A stretch of DNA of 64,000 bases, from NCBI GenBank assembly GCA_964016885.1, contig OZ024742.1:199144001-199208000 (forward strand), written 5' to 3'. Shown in pieces: positions 1 through 11,600 of the stretch. The notes beneath the pieces were generated by a model. It made no database searches, was not told the DNA's origin, and was given only the letters and a program-made list of their open reading frames with translations. The translations under genes were made by a program, and so were the position numbers. Position 1 is the first letter of the stretch; each line of letters begins with the position of its first letter. Source of the DNA: Eledone cirrhosa (taxonomy: Eukaryota).

Positions 1-239
1 TAAACATACTTGCAATGTTATTCTACTGTAAATTTATACAATTGTAATAAACTAAATTGAAATACAAAAAATGTTTGTGAAGTAAATTAAATATGCGTTT
101 TTTTTAAAATATTCTGCTTGTCAAGCCATGTGTTCGAACGTGATGCGTTCAAAGGGAAATAACTTCGTCTTGACTGCAATTGTTATTCTTACATTTTGTA
201 AGTCAACGCGTCAGCAAATATGGGTGTAAAAATAAAAGG

Positions 240-280
240 TACCCACAACTTTCTCAGGAATAAGTGGACGAAGAAGAAAA
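240..280 (+). mobile_element. LINE (RTE-type) 3' terminus with GAA tail
   Basis: cccacaactttctcaggaataagtggacgaagaagaa; a related copy lies on the minus strand at ~37803-37850. Confidence 0.4.
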
Positions 281-496
281 TAAAAGGTGTGAATGGAGGA
301 GGGGAAGTTAACAAATATTAGTGGAAGGGGGAGGCAACGGTTAAAGAAAGGGAAGGCTTTAAAATTTTGATGGGCTGGTGCAGGTGCCGCTCTAACGTAC
401 AGTATAATTTTGGCGGTCGGGCTTATACTTATGAAAAGCGGAACACAGCCGATTATTTTCAGAGAAGGAGAGAAAGTGATAAAAAGAGACAGAAGA

Positions 497-542
497 ATCA
501 ACCCCAGTGCTGGACAGGTGTTTTATTTTACGATCTCGATAG
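497..542 (-). mobile_element. tRNA-derived SINE fragment
   Basis: aatcaaccccagtgctggacaggtgttttattttacgatc matches the SINE body at 5297-5335 and 39045-39090. Confidence 0.5.
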
Positions 543-545
543 ATT

Positions 546-800
546 TGTAAATATCTGGATTTATCCAGTAATTATTTTTTCCACGTTCGAGAGATTTGGT
601 GGAGCTGGGCTGCTGACAGCGAAGTTCTTGTCATCGCTGGCGGCTCGCCTTACTGAGGTGTCAGTTGTCACGGTTATCAGCTGTAGTACTACTTCCCAGA
701 GTGATATGTGATGCTTGTGATGGTGCCTAATTGTTTCAGCACCTTAGCCTCGCCATCATACGTTGCAATGCTACGAGCGTATTGGCTTGCCTGAAAGTTT
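546..800 (+). mobile_element. CRE-clade (RLE-type) non-LTR retrotransposon, degenerate C-terminal endonuclease remnant
   Basis: Frameshifted translation KYLDLSSNYFF / FERFGGAGLLTAKFLSSLAARLTEVS / LFQHLSLAIIRCNATSVLAC fits the CRE C-terminal pattern KY..L...Y.F.P.A.ET.G..G...LFQR.S.AI.RGNA. Confidence 0.7.
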
Positions 801-984
801 TTCATTAATCTTTATGATGTGATGTGCGGCCGATTGTCGCACTTGGTTGTGAATTGGTGGACGTTTTTGTTTTTCTCCCCCCACCCCACCCTTTTTTCTT
901 TTTTTTTCTTTTATGCGTTTATATTTGTGTTTATCAATATTATATTTGTAAGGTTCTTCTGAATGAATTGCGAGCATTTTCTTA

Positions 985-1384
985 AACGTATTTGGACCCT
1001 GTACAGTCGAGCTTATAGCGAGAATACTGGGTTGTATGAATGTAACAAGGAATACATTGTTTGTGTGTATAATATTTAATTAACAATGGTAGATAGTATA
1101 GTTGACATGTCAAAGATGAGGATGGTAGAATGAAGCAAAGTTAGTAGTTACCGTTTTGATTGCCAGGCAAACGCGGCTGGCAGAGGACGCCTGGCTAAGG
1201 CCAGGCGCCTGTTGGCCAAATGAATGGCAGAGCCAAAATGAGAGGCTCTTGACCTGGTGCCGAAAAGGCAATGAGAGAAAGAGAGCTTAAAGTTGTTAGT
1301 TTTATAGGGCTCTGACCGGAAGTTACAGAAAGGGCCCCACTTCCCGTCCAGACGTTAATCCAAACAAGGGAGACAACCGCTACA
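985..1384 (-). mobile_element. Possible solo LTR (Gypsy/BEL-like)
   Basis: Minus strand starts TGTAGCGG, then an ETS site, a TATA-like CCCTATAAA, a pyrimidine-rich start region and an ATTAAA signal; no clean terminal CA, TSD or PBS found. Confidence 0.3.
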
Positions 1385-1720
1385 AGCTCCTCCGCAAGAT
1401 CGGAACGTCAGCGGTCCGTCTGAGGAAAGAGCCCCGTGAGGTGGGGTGTCTGTTGCAGCGGGTGTCGCTGGCAATTGTCCTCGGGAATACTTTTACGGTC
1501 TTGTCCGCCGGGCGCAGTCCCTCTACCCTAGGCCTACAGCCCAATCACCCCACCCCCTTTCCCCTCCTATTCTTTTGTGACACTAGAGTTCTTGCTATTC
1601 CCTCCCCTTCGCATGTTTTCTTTCTTTTTCTCTTTTACCGTTTTTGTTTTTTGTTTATTTTTTCCATTCTTCTCAATCTAAATTTTCTTTTTTTTCCCTT
1701 TTCTATTAAACTGTATTAAC
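1378..1720 (+). mobile_element. CRE-clade non-LTR retrotransposon 3' fragment
   Basis: YKLLRKIGTSAVRLRKEPREVGCLLQRVSLAIVLGNTFTVLS, followed by a ccccaccc/T-rich 3' UTR like that after 800. Confidence 0.7.
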
Positions 1721-1769
1721 ATGATATTATGTAACTGATTGTGCATCTGATCTATACATCGATATCAGA

Positions 1770-2460
1770 ATACTGAATGTTTACAAACCTATGCTGAATG
1801 GTTTTGACTTAACACTGTTTATCCGAACTCAAATACTATGGCATTTGTATAGTCTTGAGAGCTACAATAAACTGTCCATTGATCTCATACTCCTGCAGAC
1901 CTTTTACAACAGGTCTTGTGGAACATGGCAATATACCTTTTCAAGATTTATGAAACAAGCATACTCCTCTTAACAATACTCTCATGATTTCTGAATATTT
2001 GGTCGGCTGTGCTATGTCTGGGGCAAAAACCACACTATTTGTCAACTAGCTTGAACTCGACAATATCCCTACATCTCTTTTCCAAACACTTGGCATAGAC
2101 TTTATTAGGGAGGCATAACAAGGAGATTCCTCTATAATTGGAGCAATCTTTCTTCTCGCTTTTTGAAAATTATGATTATCACTCTTGATTACCATTGTTT
2201 AGGTGCCTTTCCAGAGACTCAAGCCACTTGGCACACACAAGTCTGCCAAAGAATATCTTCTCTATTTAAGACTTTTTAACATCTTGGGCTGAATTCCATC
2301 CTCCTCAGAGACCTTGTCACATTTGAGCTCTTTATTGCTTTGGTGACCTTAGCCTCCATGTGATTAGTCATTGCACCTCATCTGACTGAGTCTTGTAGAT
2401 CAGCAAAGAAGTCTCTTCACCTCGCCAGGATGCAATAACAAACCTGTTTTTAGATATTTT
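1770..2460 (-). mobile_element. RTE LINE (Expander/Rex3-like) reverse transcriptase fragment, degenerate
   Basis: Minus translation: VTKAIKS..DGIQPKMLKSL..VSGKAPKQW..IFKK..DCSNYRGISLLCLPNKVYAKCLEKR..CGF..STADQIF..FINLEKVY, with stops and frameshifts. Confidence 0.8.
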
Positions 2461-2502
2461 TGTTGAGTCATTACAGTCTAGTTTTATTTAAACTATATGA
2501 AT

Positions 2503-2550
2503 AACCCATGCTAGTGAGTAAGATAGACGATGATGATGATGATGATGATA
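2503..2550 (+). mobile_element. RTE 3' tail with (GAT)n
   Basis: aacccatgctag...gacgatgatgatgat, the same tail as at 57690-57740. Confidence 0.55.
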
Positions 2551-2632
2551 TGTATAATAACAATAAACTGTCATTTGTTGAACTGTTATTTATTGGATGA
2601 CAAACATTGACAAATGACAGAAAGAGTGATCA

Positions 2633-2913
2633 GACTTTCTGAAACATTTCTTCACGCTCAGAGTTGCTGAAGCATGGAACAAACTACTTGCATTAGTTGT
2701 TAACTGTCGAGACACTGCATTCTTCAAAACTTCCATGCTTCCCGGAATTTACCAACACTACACCTGATATTCTCCTCCCTACACACCCATGTTTGTGTGT
2801 ATGTATATCAAGATTCATACACTATTCACTTTCCTGACATTTGTACATTATTCTATGTACTATACCTGCACTATACAATCATTTTCATTATACAATCATT
2901 TTCATTATTATTA
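2633..2913 (+). mobile_element. CR1-type LINE 3' fragment
   Basis: FLKHFFTLRVAEAWNKL; highly similar to 39800-40093; ends in (ATT)n. Confidence 0.8.
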
Positions 2914-3284
2914 CTCCTAAAGTTCAGGTCTTCTTTCATGCCTCACTGGAATTCTATTTTTCCTGCCCAATTCAATAACAAGTCAACAGTAAAGACTTGC
3001 CGTCAATAGTTTGTCTTTTACAATGTTAGCAATGCTCTATAATAGGATGTTAAGTGTGAAGAGAATGTTTATTTATAATTGAGTAATTATTTAGGATTTA
3101 GGAGTGGTCATATTTGTAAATGTGTAAATATTTGTTTTTCTAGAAATCAATCAAACAACTTGTTGACAGAAATAGTACTACTAAGGAAAAAAAAAAAAAA
3201 ATAGTCAGACAAAGCAGATTATGTGGTTTATGTCCAAATCCTGCTGAAATCAACATTGTTTTTTTTTTTATCTTGGTGGCTGAT

Positions 3285-3380
3285 TAGTGGCAGTGGAGTG
3301 GTAGAATTGTTATAAAGTTGGACAAGATGATTTGTAATATCGGATCTAGTTCTGTACCTTCTGAGTTCAAATCACACCAA
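3285..3380 (+). mobile_element. tRNA-derived SINE 5' part, degenerate
   Basis: A-box-like tggtagaat and B-box-like ctgagttcaaatc; homologous to 38922-39015. Confidence 0.5.
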
Positions 3381-3522
3381 CTTCTGCCAAGACTTGTAAC
3401 CAGTGGATAGTAACTGCAATAGAAAAACCAATGGAAACATTCTTTAGTCCAATCTGACTAATATTCTTTTCCTTTTTTTTCCATGACAAAGATAAACAAC
3501 TTACAAAAAATGACATGTACAG

Positions 3523-3842
3523 CAGAGCCAGATTTAGACCTTGGAGGGCCCAGGGCACTTCAGGGTTTTTTTGGGGGGGTCTTCATACAGACAAAAATTA
3601 GCATACACAGCACCCCCACCCCCCACCCCCAATTTTACATATCAAAGTCAGCTGGTGCAAGTAATTGGAATGGAAAAGTTATACATATGGGTATTAAATT
3701 CCAAAAATCTAAAAATCTAACCATCCTAAAACTAAAAAGTCCAGCAGGGGGACACAAATAAATTGCTAATGCTATCACTTATGCACTCCCCTCTCCACTG
3801 CACGGAGCCAGCCCCCTTTGTCCCCCATTAAATCCAGCCCTG
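3523..3842. mobile_element. Non-autonomous DNA transposon (PIF/Harbinger-like MITE)
   Basis: Terminal inverted repeats cagagccagattta (3523) and taaatccagccctg (3829-3842). Confidence 0.6.
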
Positions 3843-3929
3843 GTGTACAGTGTTTATAAGGTGGCAAATTGGGAAACTTATTAGAAAATTGAATAAAATA
3901 TTTCACAGGATTTGTTCCAGCTCTCGATG

Positions 3930-4010
3930 CACTGAGTTCACATCCCACTGAGGACAACTTTGCTTTTCATCTTTTCGAGGTCAGTAAATAAAGTACCAGT
4001 GAAGTACTAG
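3930..4010 (+). mobile_element. tRNA-derived SINE body fragment
   Basis: ctgagttcacatccc...actttgcttttcatcttttcgaggtc...aaagtaccagt. Confidence 0.6.
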
Positions 4011-4130
4011 CTCAATTCTTCCTTTATTTCCTCTTTCGTTTACATGTATGAGCCAATCCTCTGTGATACACAATAAAAATCTAATACATGTAAACAAAAC
4101 TTCCTTGTTCTTTTGAATATATGTATATAT

Positions 4131-4830
4131 ATAAACAGAAAAAATGAAACTAAATTTCATTTCCCACTCTTAGTACGGCTGTTACTTAAATATAAGTATG
4201 TACACGTACATACATATATGTATACAGACGTACAGTAGTATGTATATATATATATAAATACATGCACACATTTATATATGTACGTATGGATTCACCGAAC
4301 ATTTATTATAATGCTCGGTGTGTTTGTAAACAAACATCCCGTATTAAGCCGTAGTGTCTAGCAACCATCGTTGCTCGTTTGCTCAACATGTACATACTTA
4401 TATTTAAGTAACAGCCGTACTAAGAGTGGGAAATGAAATTTCATTTCATTTTTTTCCGTTTATCGTTTTTGGTGGACTCGGCCGATTAACCCACTCGATA
4501 TGCAAATTGGGCTACTCAGCCGTTAATATGCATAAGGTAAGTATATACGTTCAACAATCTGGCAGGAAAGTATACGTTGCTGACGATAGCTAATAAGCTT
4601 GAAACTAGTACAGCGTTCCTTTGTCAGTGTTGAACAAATGAGCAACGATGGTTGCTAGACACTACGGCTTAATACGGGATGTTTGTTTACAAACACACCG
4701 AGCATTATAATAAATGTTCGGTGAATCCATACGTACATATATATATGTGTGTGCATGTATGTATATATATATATATACATACTACTGTACGTCTGTATAC
4801 ATATATGTATGTACGTGTACATACTTATAT
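4131..4830 (+). mobile_element. Hammerhead-containing retrozyme / Penelope pseudo-LTR-like insertion with inverted 5' segment
   Basis: 4131-4204 is the reverse complement of 4389-4463; ~4190-4388 is the reverse complement of 4628-4830; direct repeat tgtacatacttatat at 4389 and 4816; TA-rich flanks. Confidence 0.7.
4574..4616 (+). ncRNA. Minimal type I hammerhead ribozyme
   Basis: acgttg-CTGACGA-t agct aata agct t-GAAA-ctaGTA-cagcgt: stem I, intact core, stem II, palindromic ACUAGU stem III and GUA cleavage triplet. Confidence 0.8.
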
Positions 4831-5296
4831 ATATATATATATATACGCAAAAGGGATATTTAATTTGTTGGTAATTCAACAAATATATATGTTTATAACA
4901 GATTCGAAGCACTCGACAGATTTTCTGGAGTATAATATCAATGATATTAAATAAATGGAAACTATATTTATAAAACTATATTTATTCTATAATATATATT
5001 TCAAGGGTACCAAAAATCATAACCAATACCTGGGTCTCCCTAAACTGCCAAAACACAAAATATATGCGCTACAATTTATGTATCTGTTATGTTTATTGTA
5101 TATCAAAGTTTTCTTACCATTTTAGAGTACAAAGACCTAAACTAATAAGGATAAGGGTAAAGATCCCATAACTCCTTGTGGAGTCATAGGGGCACCATCA
5201 TATGACGTATCTAGGGCACTTTGAAACCTGGCAGAGCCCAACCCTCTCCATGTCTGAACACAGCTGATTTCTTTTATAGAGAAAGAATCGACCCCA

Positions 5297-5446
5297 CTAC
5301 TGGACTGGTACATTTTTTATCGATCCCAAAAGGATGAAAGGCAAAGTTGACTATGGCGGGATTTGAACTCAGAGAGCGCAATGAGGTGGGACTAATACCA
5401 TAAGCATTCTATTCGATGTCTTAACGACTCTGCCAATTGACCACCT
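5297..5446 (-). mobile_element. tRNA-derived SINE
   Basis: atcgacccc...ggatgaaaggcaaagttgac...gggatttgaactcag...ctgccaattgaccacc; reverse complement of the 38922 family. Confidence 0.8.
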
Positions 5447-5642
5447 TCTAAACTAACCCCTACAATTAAATTGACCAAATTTGGCCCCCACAATTCAGAA
5501 GGGCTTCCACTGCCCCTGATATTGACTACCTTCTTCTAATTATACATTTCATTATCCAAAATAAAATAATTTCAAGATATTGTTTGGTAATATGACAAAC
5601 CAAATGACATTTCTAGTTCTGACCACACAGTAGAGAAAATAA

Positions 5643-8600
5643 TTGTTGGTGTGGAGAGTGTGTGTTGGTGTGGGGAGTGTGTGTTGGTGTGGAGAGTGTG
5701 TGTTGGAGTGGAGAGTGTGTGTTGGTGTGGAGAGTGTGTGTTGGGGTGGAGAGTGTGTGTTGGTGTGGAGAGTGTGTGTTGGTGTGGGGAGTGTGTGTTG
5801 GTGTGGAGAGTGTGTGTTGGGGTGGAGAGTGTGTGTTGGTGTGGGGAGTGTGTGTTGGAGTGGAGAGTGTGTGTTGGTGTGGAGAGTGTGTGTTGGTGTG
5901 TGTTTGTGTGGAGAGTGTGTGTTGTGCGGGGAGTGTGTGTTGGGGTGGAGAGTGTGTTGGTGTGGAGAGTGTGTCTCTGTGCGGAGAGTGTATGTTGGTG
6001 TGTGTTGGTGTGGAGAGTGTGTGTTGGGGTGGAGAGTGTGTGTTGGTGTGGAGAGTGTGTGTTGGTGTGGAGAGTGTGTGTTGGTGTGACGAGTGTGTGA
6101 TGTTGTGGAGTGTGTGTGTTGGTGTGGAGAGTGTGTGTTGGTGTGGAGAGTGTGTGTTGGTGTGGAGAGTGTGTGTTGATGTGGGGAGTGTGTGTTGGTG
6201 TGGGGAGTGTGTGTTGGTGGGGAGAGTGTGTATTGGTGTGGAGAATGTGTGTTGGGTGGAGAGTGTGTGTTGGTGGGGAGAATGTGTGTTGGTGTGGAGA
6301 ATGTGTGTTGGTGTGGCGAGTGTGTGTTGGGGTGGAGAGTGTGTGTTGGTGTGGGGAGTGTGTGTTGGTGTGGAGAGTGTGTGTTGGTGTGGGGAGTGTG
6401 AGTGTGTGTTGGGGTGGGGAGAGTGTGTTGGTGTGGAGAGTGATTGGTGGGGTGTGTGAGTGTGTTGGGGGTGGGGGTGGGGGTGGAGAGTGTGTGTTGG
6501 GGTGGAGATTGTGGGGTGTGTGTGCCGGTGTGGAGAGTGTGTGTTGATGTGGAGAGTGTGTGTGGTGTGGGGAGTGTGTGTTGGGGTGGAGAGTGTGTGT
6601 TGGTGTGGGGAGTGTGTGTTGGTGTGGAGAGTGTGTGCTTGTGTGGCGAGTGTGTGTTGGTGTGGCGAGTGTGTTGGTGTGGGGAGTGTGTGTTGGTGTG
6701 GCCAGTGTGTGTTGGTGTGGAGAGTGTGTGTTGGTGTGGAGAGTCTGTGTTGGTGTGGGGAGTGTGGGTTGGTGTGAAGAGTGTGTGTTGGTGTGGAGAG
6801 TGTGTGTTGGTGTGGAGAGTGTGTGTTGGTGTGGAGAGTGTGTGTTGGTGTGGAGAGTGTGTGTTGATGTGGGGAGTGTGTGTTGGTGTGGGGAGTGTGT
6901 GTTGGTGTGGAGAGTGTGTGTTGGTGTGGAGATGTGTGTTGGTTCGGGGAGTGTGTGTTGGTGTGGAGAGTGTGTGTTGGTGTGGGGAGTGTGTGTTGGG
7001 GTGGAGAGTGTGTGTTGGTGTGGGGAGTGTGTGTTGGTGTGGAGAGTGTGTGTTTGTGTGGGGAGTGTGTGTTGGTGTGGAGAGTGTGTGTTGGTGTGGA
7101 GAGTGTGTGTTGGTGTGGAGAGTGTGTGTTGGGGTGGGGAGTGTGTGTTGGTGTGGGGAGTGTGTGTTGGTGTGGAGAGTGTGTGTTGATGTGGAGAGTG
7201 TGTGTTGGTGTGGGGAGTGTGTGTTGGTGTGGGGAGTGTGTGTTGGTGTGGGGAGTGTGTGTTGGTGTGGAGAGTGTGTGTTTGTGAGGAGAGTGTGTGT
7301 TGGTGTGGGGAGTGCGTGTTGGTGTGGGGAGTGTGTGTTGGGGTGGAGAGCGTGTGTTGGTGTGGGGAGTGTGTGTTGGTGTGGGGAGTGTGTGTTGGGG
7401 TGGAGAGCGTGTGTTGGTGTGGGGAGTGTGTGTTGATGTGGAGAGTGTGTTGGTGTGGCAAGTGTGTGTTGGTGTGGCAAGTGTGTGTTGGGGTGGAGAG
7501 TGTGTGTTGATGTGGGGAGTGTGTGTTGGTGTGGAGAATGTGTGTTGATGTGGAGAGTGTGTGTTGGTGTGGAGAGTGTGTGTTGGTGTGGAGAGTGTGT
7601 GTTGGTGTGGGGAGTGTGTGTTGGTGTGGAGAGTGTGTGTTGGGGTGGAGAGTGTGTGTTGGTGTGGAGAGTGTGTGTTGGTGTGGGGAGTGTGTGTTGG
7701 TGTGGGGAGTGTGTGTTGGTGTGGAAGGGTGTGTTGGGGTGGAGAGTGTGTGTTGGTGTGGGGAGTGTGCGTTTGTGTGGCGAGTGTGTGTTGGTGTGGA
7801 GAGTGTGTGTTGGTGTGGAGAGTGTGTCTTGGTGTGGAGAGTGTGTGTTCGGGTGGAGAGTGTGTGTTGGTGTGGAGAGTGTGTGTTGGTGTGGGGAGTG
7901 TGTGTTGGTGTGTGTTGGTGTGGGGAGTGTGTGTTGGTGTGTGTTGGTGTGGGGAGTGTGTGTTGGTGTGGGGAGTGTGTGTTGGTGTGGAGAGTGTGCG
8001 TTGGTGTGGGGATTGTGTGGTGGTGTGGAGAGTGTGTGTTGGTGTGGAGAATGTGCGTTGGTGTGGCGAGTGTGTGTTGGTGTGGCGAGTGTGTGTTGGT
8101 GTGGGGATTGTGTGTTGGGGTGTAGAGTGTGTGTTGGTGTGGAGAGTGTGTGTTGGTGTGGGGAGTGTGTGTTGGGGTGGAGAGCGTGTGTTGGTGTGGG
8201 GAGTGTGTGTTGATGTGGAGAGTGTGTTGGTGTGACAAGTGTGTGTTGGTGTGGCGAGTGTGTGTTGGGGTGGAGAGTGTGTGTTGGTGTGGAGAGTGTG
8301 TGTTGGTGTGGGGAGTGTGTGTTGGTGTGGAGAGTGTGTGTTGGTGTGGGGAGTGTGTGTTGGTGTGTGTTGGTGTGGGGAGTGTGTGTTGGTGTGTGTT
8401 GGTGTGGGGAGTGTGTGTTGGTGTGGGGAGTGTGTGTTGGTGTGGAGAGTGTGCGTTGGTGTGGGGATTGTGTGGTGGTGTGGAGAGTGTGTGTTGGTGT
8501 GGAGAATGTGCGTTGGTGTGGCGAGTGTGTGTTGGTGTGGCGAGTGTGTGTTGGTGTGGGGATTGTGTGTTGGGGTGTAGAGTGTGTGTTGGTGTGGAGA

Positions 8601-11600
8601 GTGTGTGTTGGTGTGGGGAGTGTGTGTTGGGGTGGAGAGCGTGTGTTGGTGTGGGGAGTGTGTGTTGATGTGGAGAGTGTGTTGGTGTGACAAGTGTGTG
8701 TTGGTGTGGCGAGTGTGTGTTGGGGTGGAGAGTGTGTGTTGGTGTGGAGAGTGTGTGTTGGTGTGGGGAGTGTGTGTTGGTGTGGAGAGTGTGTGTTGGT
8801 GTGGGGAGTGTGTGTTGGTGTCGGGAGTGTGTGTTGGGGTGGAGAGTGTGTGTTGGTGTGGGGAGTGTGTGTTGGTGTGGGGAGTGTGTGTTGGTGTGGC
8901 CAGTGTGTCTTGGTGTGGAGAGTGTGTGGTTGTTGTGGAGAGTGTGTGTTGGTGTGGAGAGTGTGTGTTGGTGTGGAGAGTGTCTGTTGGTGTGGAGAGT
9001 GTGTGTTGGTATGGTGAGTGTGTGTTGGGGTGGAGAGTGTGTGTTGGTGTGGGGACTGTGTGTTGGGGTGGAGAGTGTGTGTTGGTGTGGGGAGTGTGTG
9101 TTGGGCTGGAGAATGTGTGTTGATGTGGAGAGTGTTTGTTGTTGTGGGGAGTGCGTTGGTGTGGAGAGTGTGTGTTGGTGTGGAGAGTGTGCATTAGAGT
9201 GTGGAGGGTGTGTTGGGGTGGAGAGAGTGTGTTAGTGTGGGGAGTGTGTTTTGGGGTGGAGAGTGTGTGTTGGGCTGGAGAGTTTGTGTTGATGTGGGGA
9301 GTGTGTGTTGGTGTGGGGAGTGCGTTAGGGTGGAGAGTGTGTGTTGGTGTGGGGTGTGTGAGTTGGGTTGGGGAGTGTGAGCATGCTTGGGGAGTGTTTT
9401 GCTGTGGGGAGTGTGAGTTGGTGTGCGGAGTGAGTGTTGGGGTGGAGAGTGTGTGCTGGTGTAGAGAGTGTGTGTTGGTGTGGTGAGTGTGTGTAGGTGT
9501 GGGGAGTGTGCGTAGGTCTGGAGAGTGTGTTGGTGTGGAGAGTGTGTGTTGGTGTGGGGAGTGTGTGTTGGTGTGGAGAGTGTGTGTTGATGTGGAGAGT
9601 GTGTGTTGGTGTGGGGAGTGTGTGTTGGTGTGGGGAGTGTGTGTTGGTGTGGGGAGTGTGTGTTGGTGTGGAGAGTGTGTGTTTGTGAGGAGAGTGTGTG
9701 TTGGTGTGGGGAGTGTGTGTTGGTGTGGGGAGTGTGTGTTGGGGTGGAGAGCGTGTGTTGGTGTGGGGAGTGTGTGTTGGTGTGGGGAGTGTGTGTTGGG
9801 GTGGAGAGCGTGTGTTGGTGTGGGGAGTGTGTGTTGATGTGGAGAGTGTGTTGGTGTGGCAAGTGTGTGTTGGTGTGGCAAGTGTGTGTTGGGGTGGAGA
9901 GTGTGTGTTGATGTGGGGAGTGTGTGTTGGTGTGGAGAATGTGTGTTGATGTGGAGAGTGTGTGTTGGTGTGGAGAGTGTGTGTTGGTGTGGAGAGTGTG
10001 TGTTGGTGTGGAGAGTGTGTCTTGGTGTGGGGAGTGTGTGTTGGTGTGGGGAGTGTGTGTTGGTGTGGAGAGTGTGTGTTGGGGTGGAGAGTGTGTGTTG
10101 GTGTGGAGAGTGTGTGTTGGTGTGGGGAGTGTGTGTTGGTGTGGGGAGTGTGTGTTGGTGTGGAAGGGTGTGTTGGGGTGGAGAGTGTGTGTTGGTGTGG
10201 GGAGTGTGCGTTTGTGTGGCGAGTGTGTGTTGGTGTGGAGAGTGTGTGTTGGTGTGGAGAGTGTGTCTTGGTGTGGAGAGTGTGTGTTCGGGTGGAGAGT
10301 GTGTGTTGGTGTGGAGAGTGTGTGTTGGTGTGGGGAGTGTGTGTTGGTGTGTGTTGGTGTGGGGAGTGTGTGTTGGTGTGTGTTGGTGTGGGGAGTGTGT
10401 GTTGGTGTGGGGAGTGTGTGTTGGTGTGGAGAGTGTGCGTTGGTGTGGGGATTGTGTGGTGGTGTGGAGAGTGTGTGTTGGTGTGGAGAATGTGCGTTGG
10501 TGTGGCGAGTGTGTGTTGGTGTGGCGAGTGTGTGTTGGTGTGGGGATTGTGTGTTGGGGTGTAGAGTGTGTGTTGGTGTGGAGAGTGTGTGTTGGTGTGG
10601 GGAGTGTGTGTTGGGGTGGAGAGCGTGTGTTGGTGTGGGGAGTGTGTGTTGATGTGGAGAGTGTGTTGGTGTGACAAGTGTGTGTTGGTGTGGCGAGTGT
10701 GTGTTGGGGTGGAGAGTGTGTGTTGGTGTGGAGAGTGTGTGTTGGTGTGGGGAGTGTGTGTTGGTGTGGAGAGTGTGTGTTGGTGTGGGGAGTGTGTGTT
10801 GGTGTCGGGAGTGTGTGTTGGGGTGGAGAGTGTGTGTTGGTGTGGGGAGTGTGTGTTGGTGTGGGGAGTGTGTGTTGGTGTGGCCAGTGTGTCTTGGTGT
10901 GGAGAGTGTGTGGTTGTTGTGGAGAGTGTGTGTTGGTGTGGAGAGTGTGTGTTGGTGTGGAGAGTGTCTGTTGGTGTGGAGAGTGTGTGTTGGTATGGTG
11001 AGTGTGTGTTGGGGTGGAGAGTGTGTGTTGGTGTGGGGACTGTGTGTTGGGGTGGAGAGTGTGTGTTGGTGTGGGGAGTGTGTGTTGGGCTGGAGAATGT
11101 GTGTTGATGTGGAGAGTGTTTGTTGTTGTGGGGAGTGCGTTGGTGTGGAGAGTGTGTGTTGGTGTGGAGAGTGTGCATTAGAGTGTGGAGGGTGTGTTGG
11201 GGTGGAGAGAGTGTGTTAGTGTGGGGAGTGTGTTTTGGGGTGGAGAGTGTGTGTTGGGCTGGAGAGTTTGTGTTGATGTGGGGAGTGTGTGTTGGTGTGG
11301 GGAGTGCGTTAGGGTGGAGAGTGTGTGTTGGTGTGGGGTGTGTGAGTTGGGTTGGGGAGTGTGAGCATGCTTGGGGAGTGTTTTGCTGTGGGGAGTGTGA
11401 GTTGGTGTGCGGAGTGAGTGTTGGGGTGGAGAGTGTGTGCTGGTGTAGAGAGTGTGTGTTGGTGTGGTGAGTGTGTGTAGGTGTGGGGAGTGTGCGTAGG
11501 TCTGGAGAGTGTGTTGGTGTGGAGAGTGTGTGTTGGTGTGGGGAGTGTGTGTTGGTGTGGGGAGTGTGTGTTGGGGTGGGGAGTGTGTATTGGTGTGGGG

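Noticed and set aside
580-870. Structured Pol III ncRNA (RNase P/MRP, 7SK, U3) suggested by hairpins and a T-run
   Set aside because: The diagnostic conserved boxes are absent, and the region is better explained as CRE endonuclease coding remnant plus 3' UTR.
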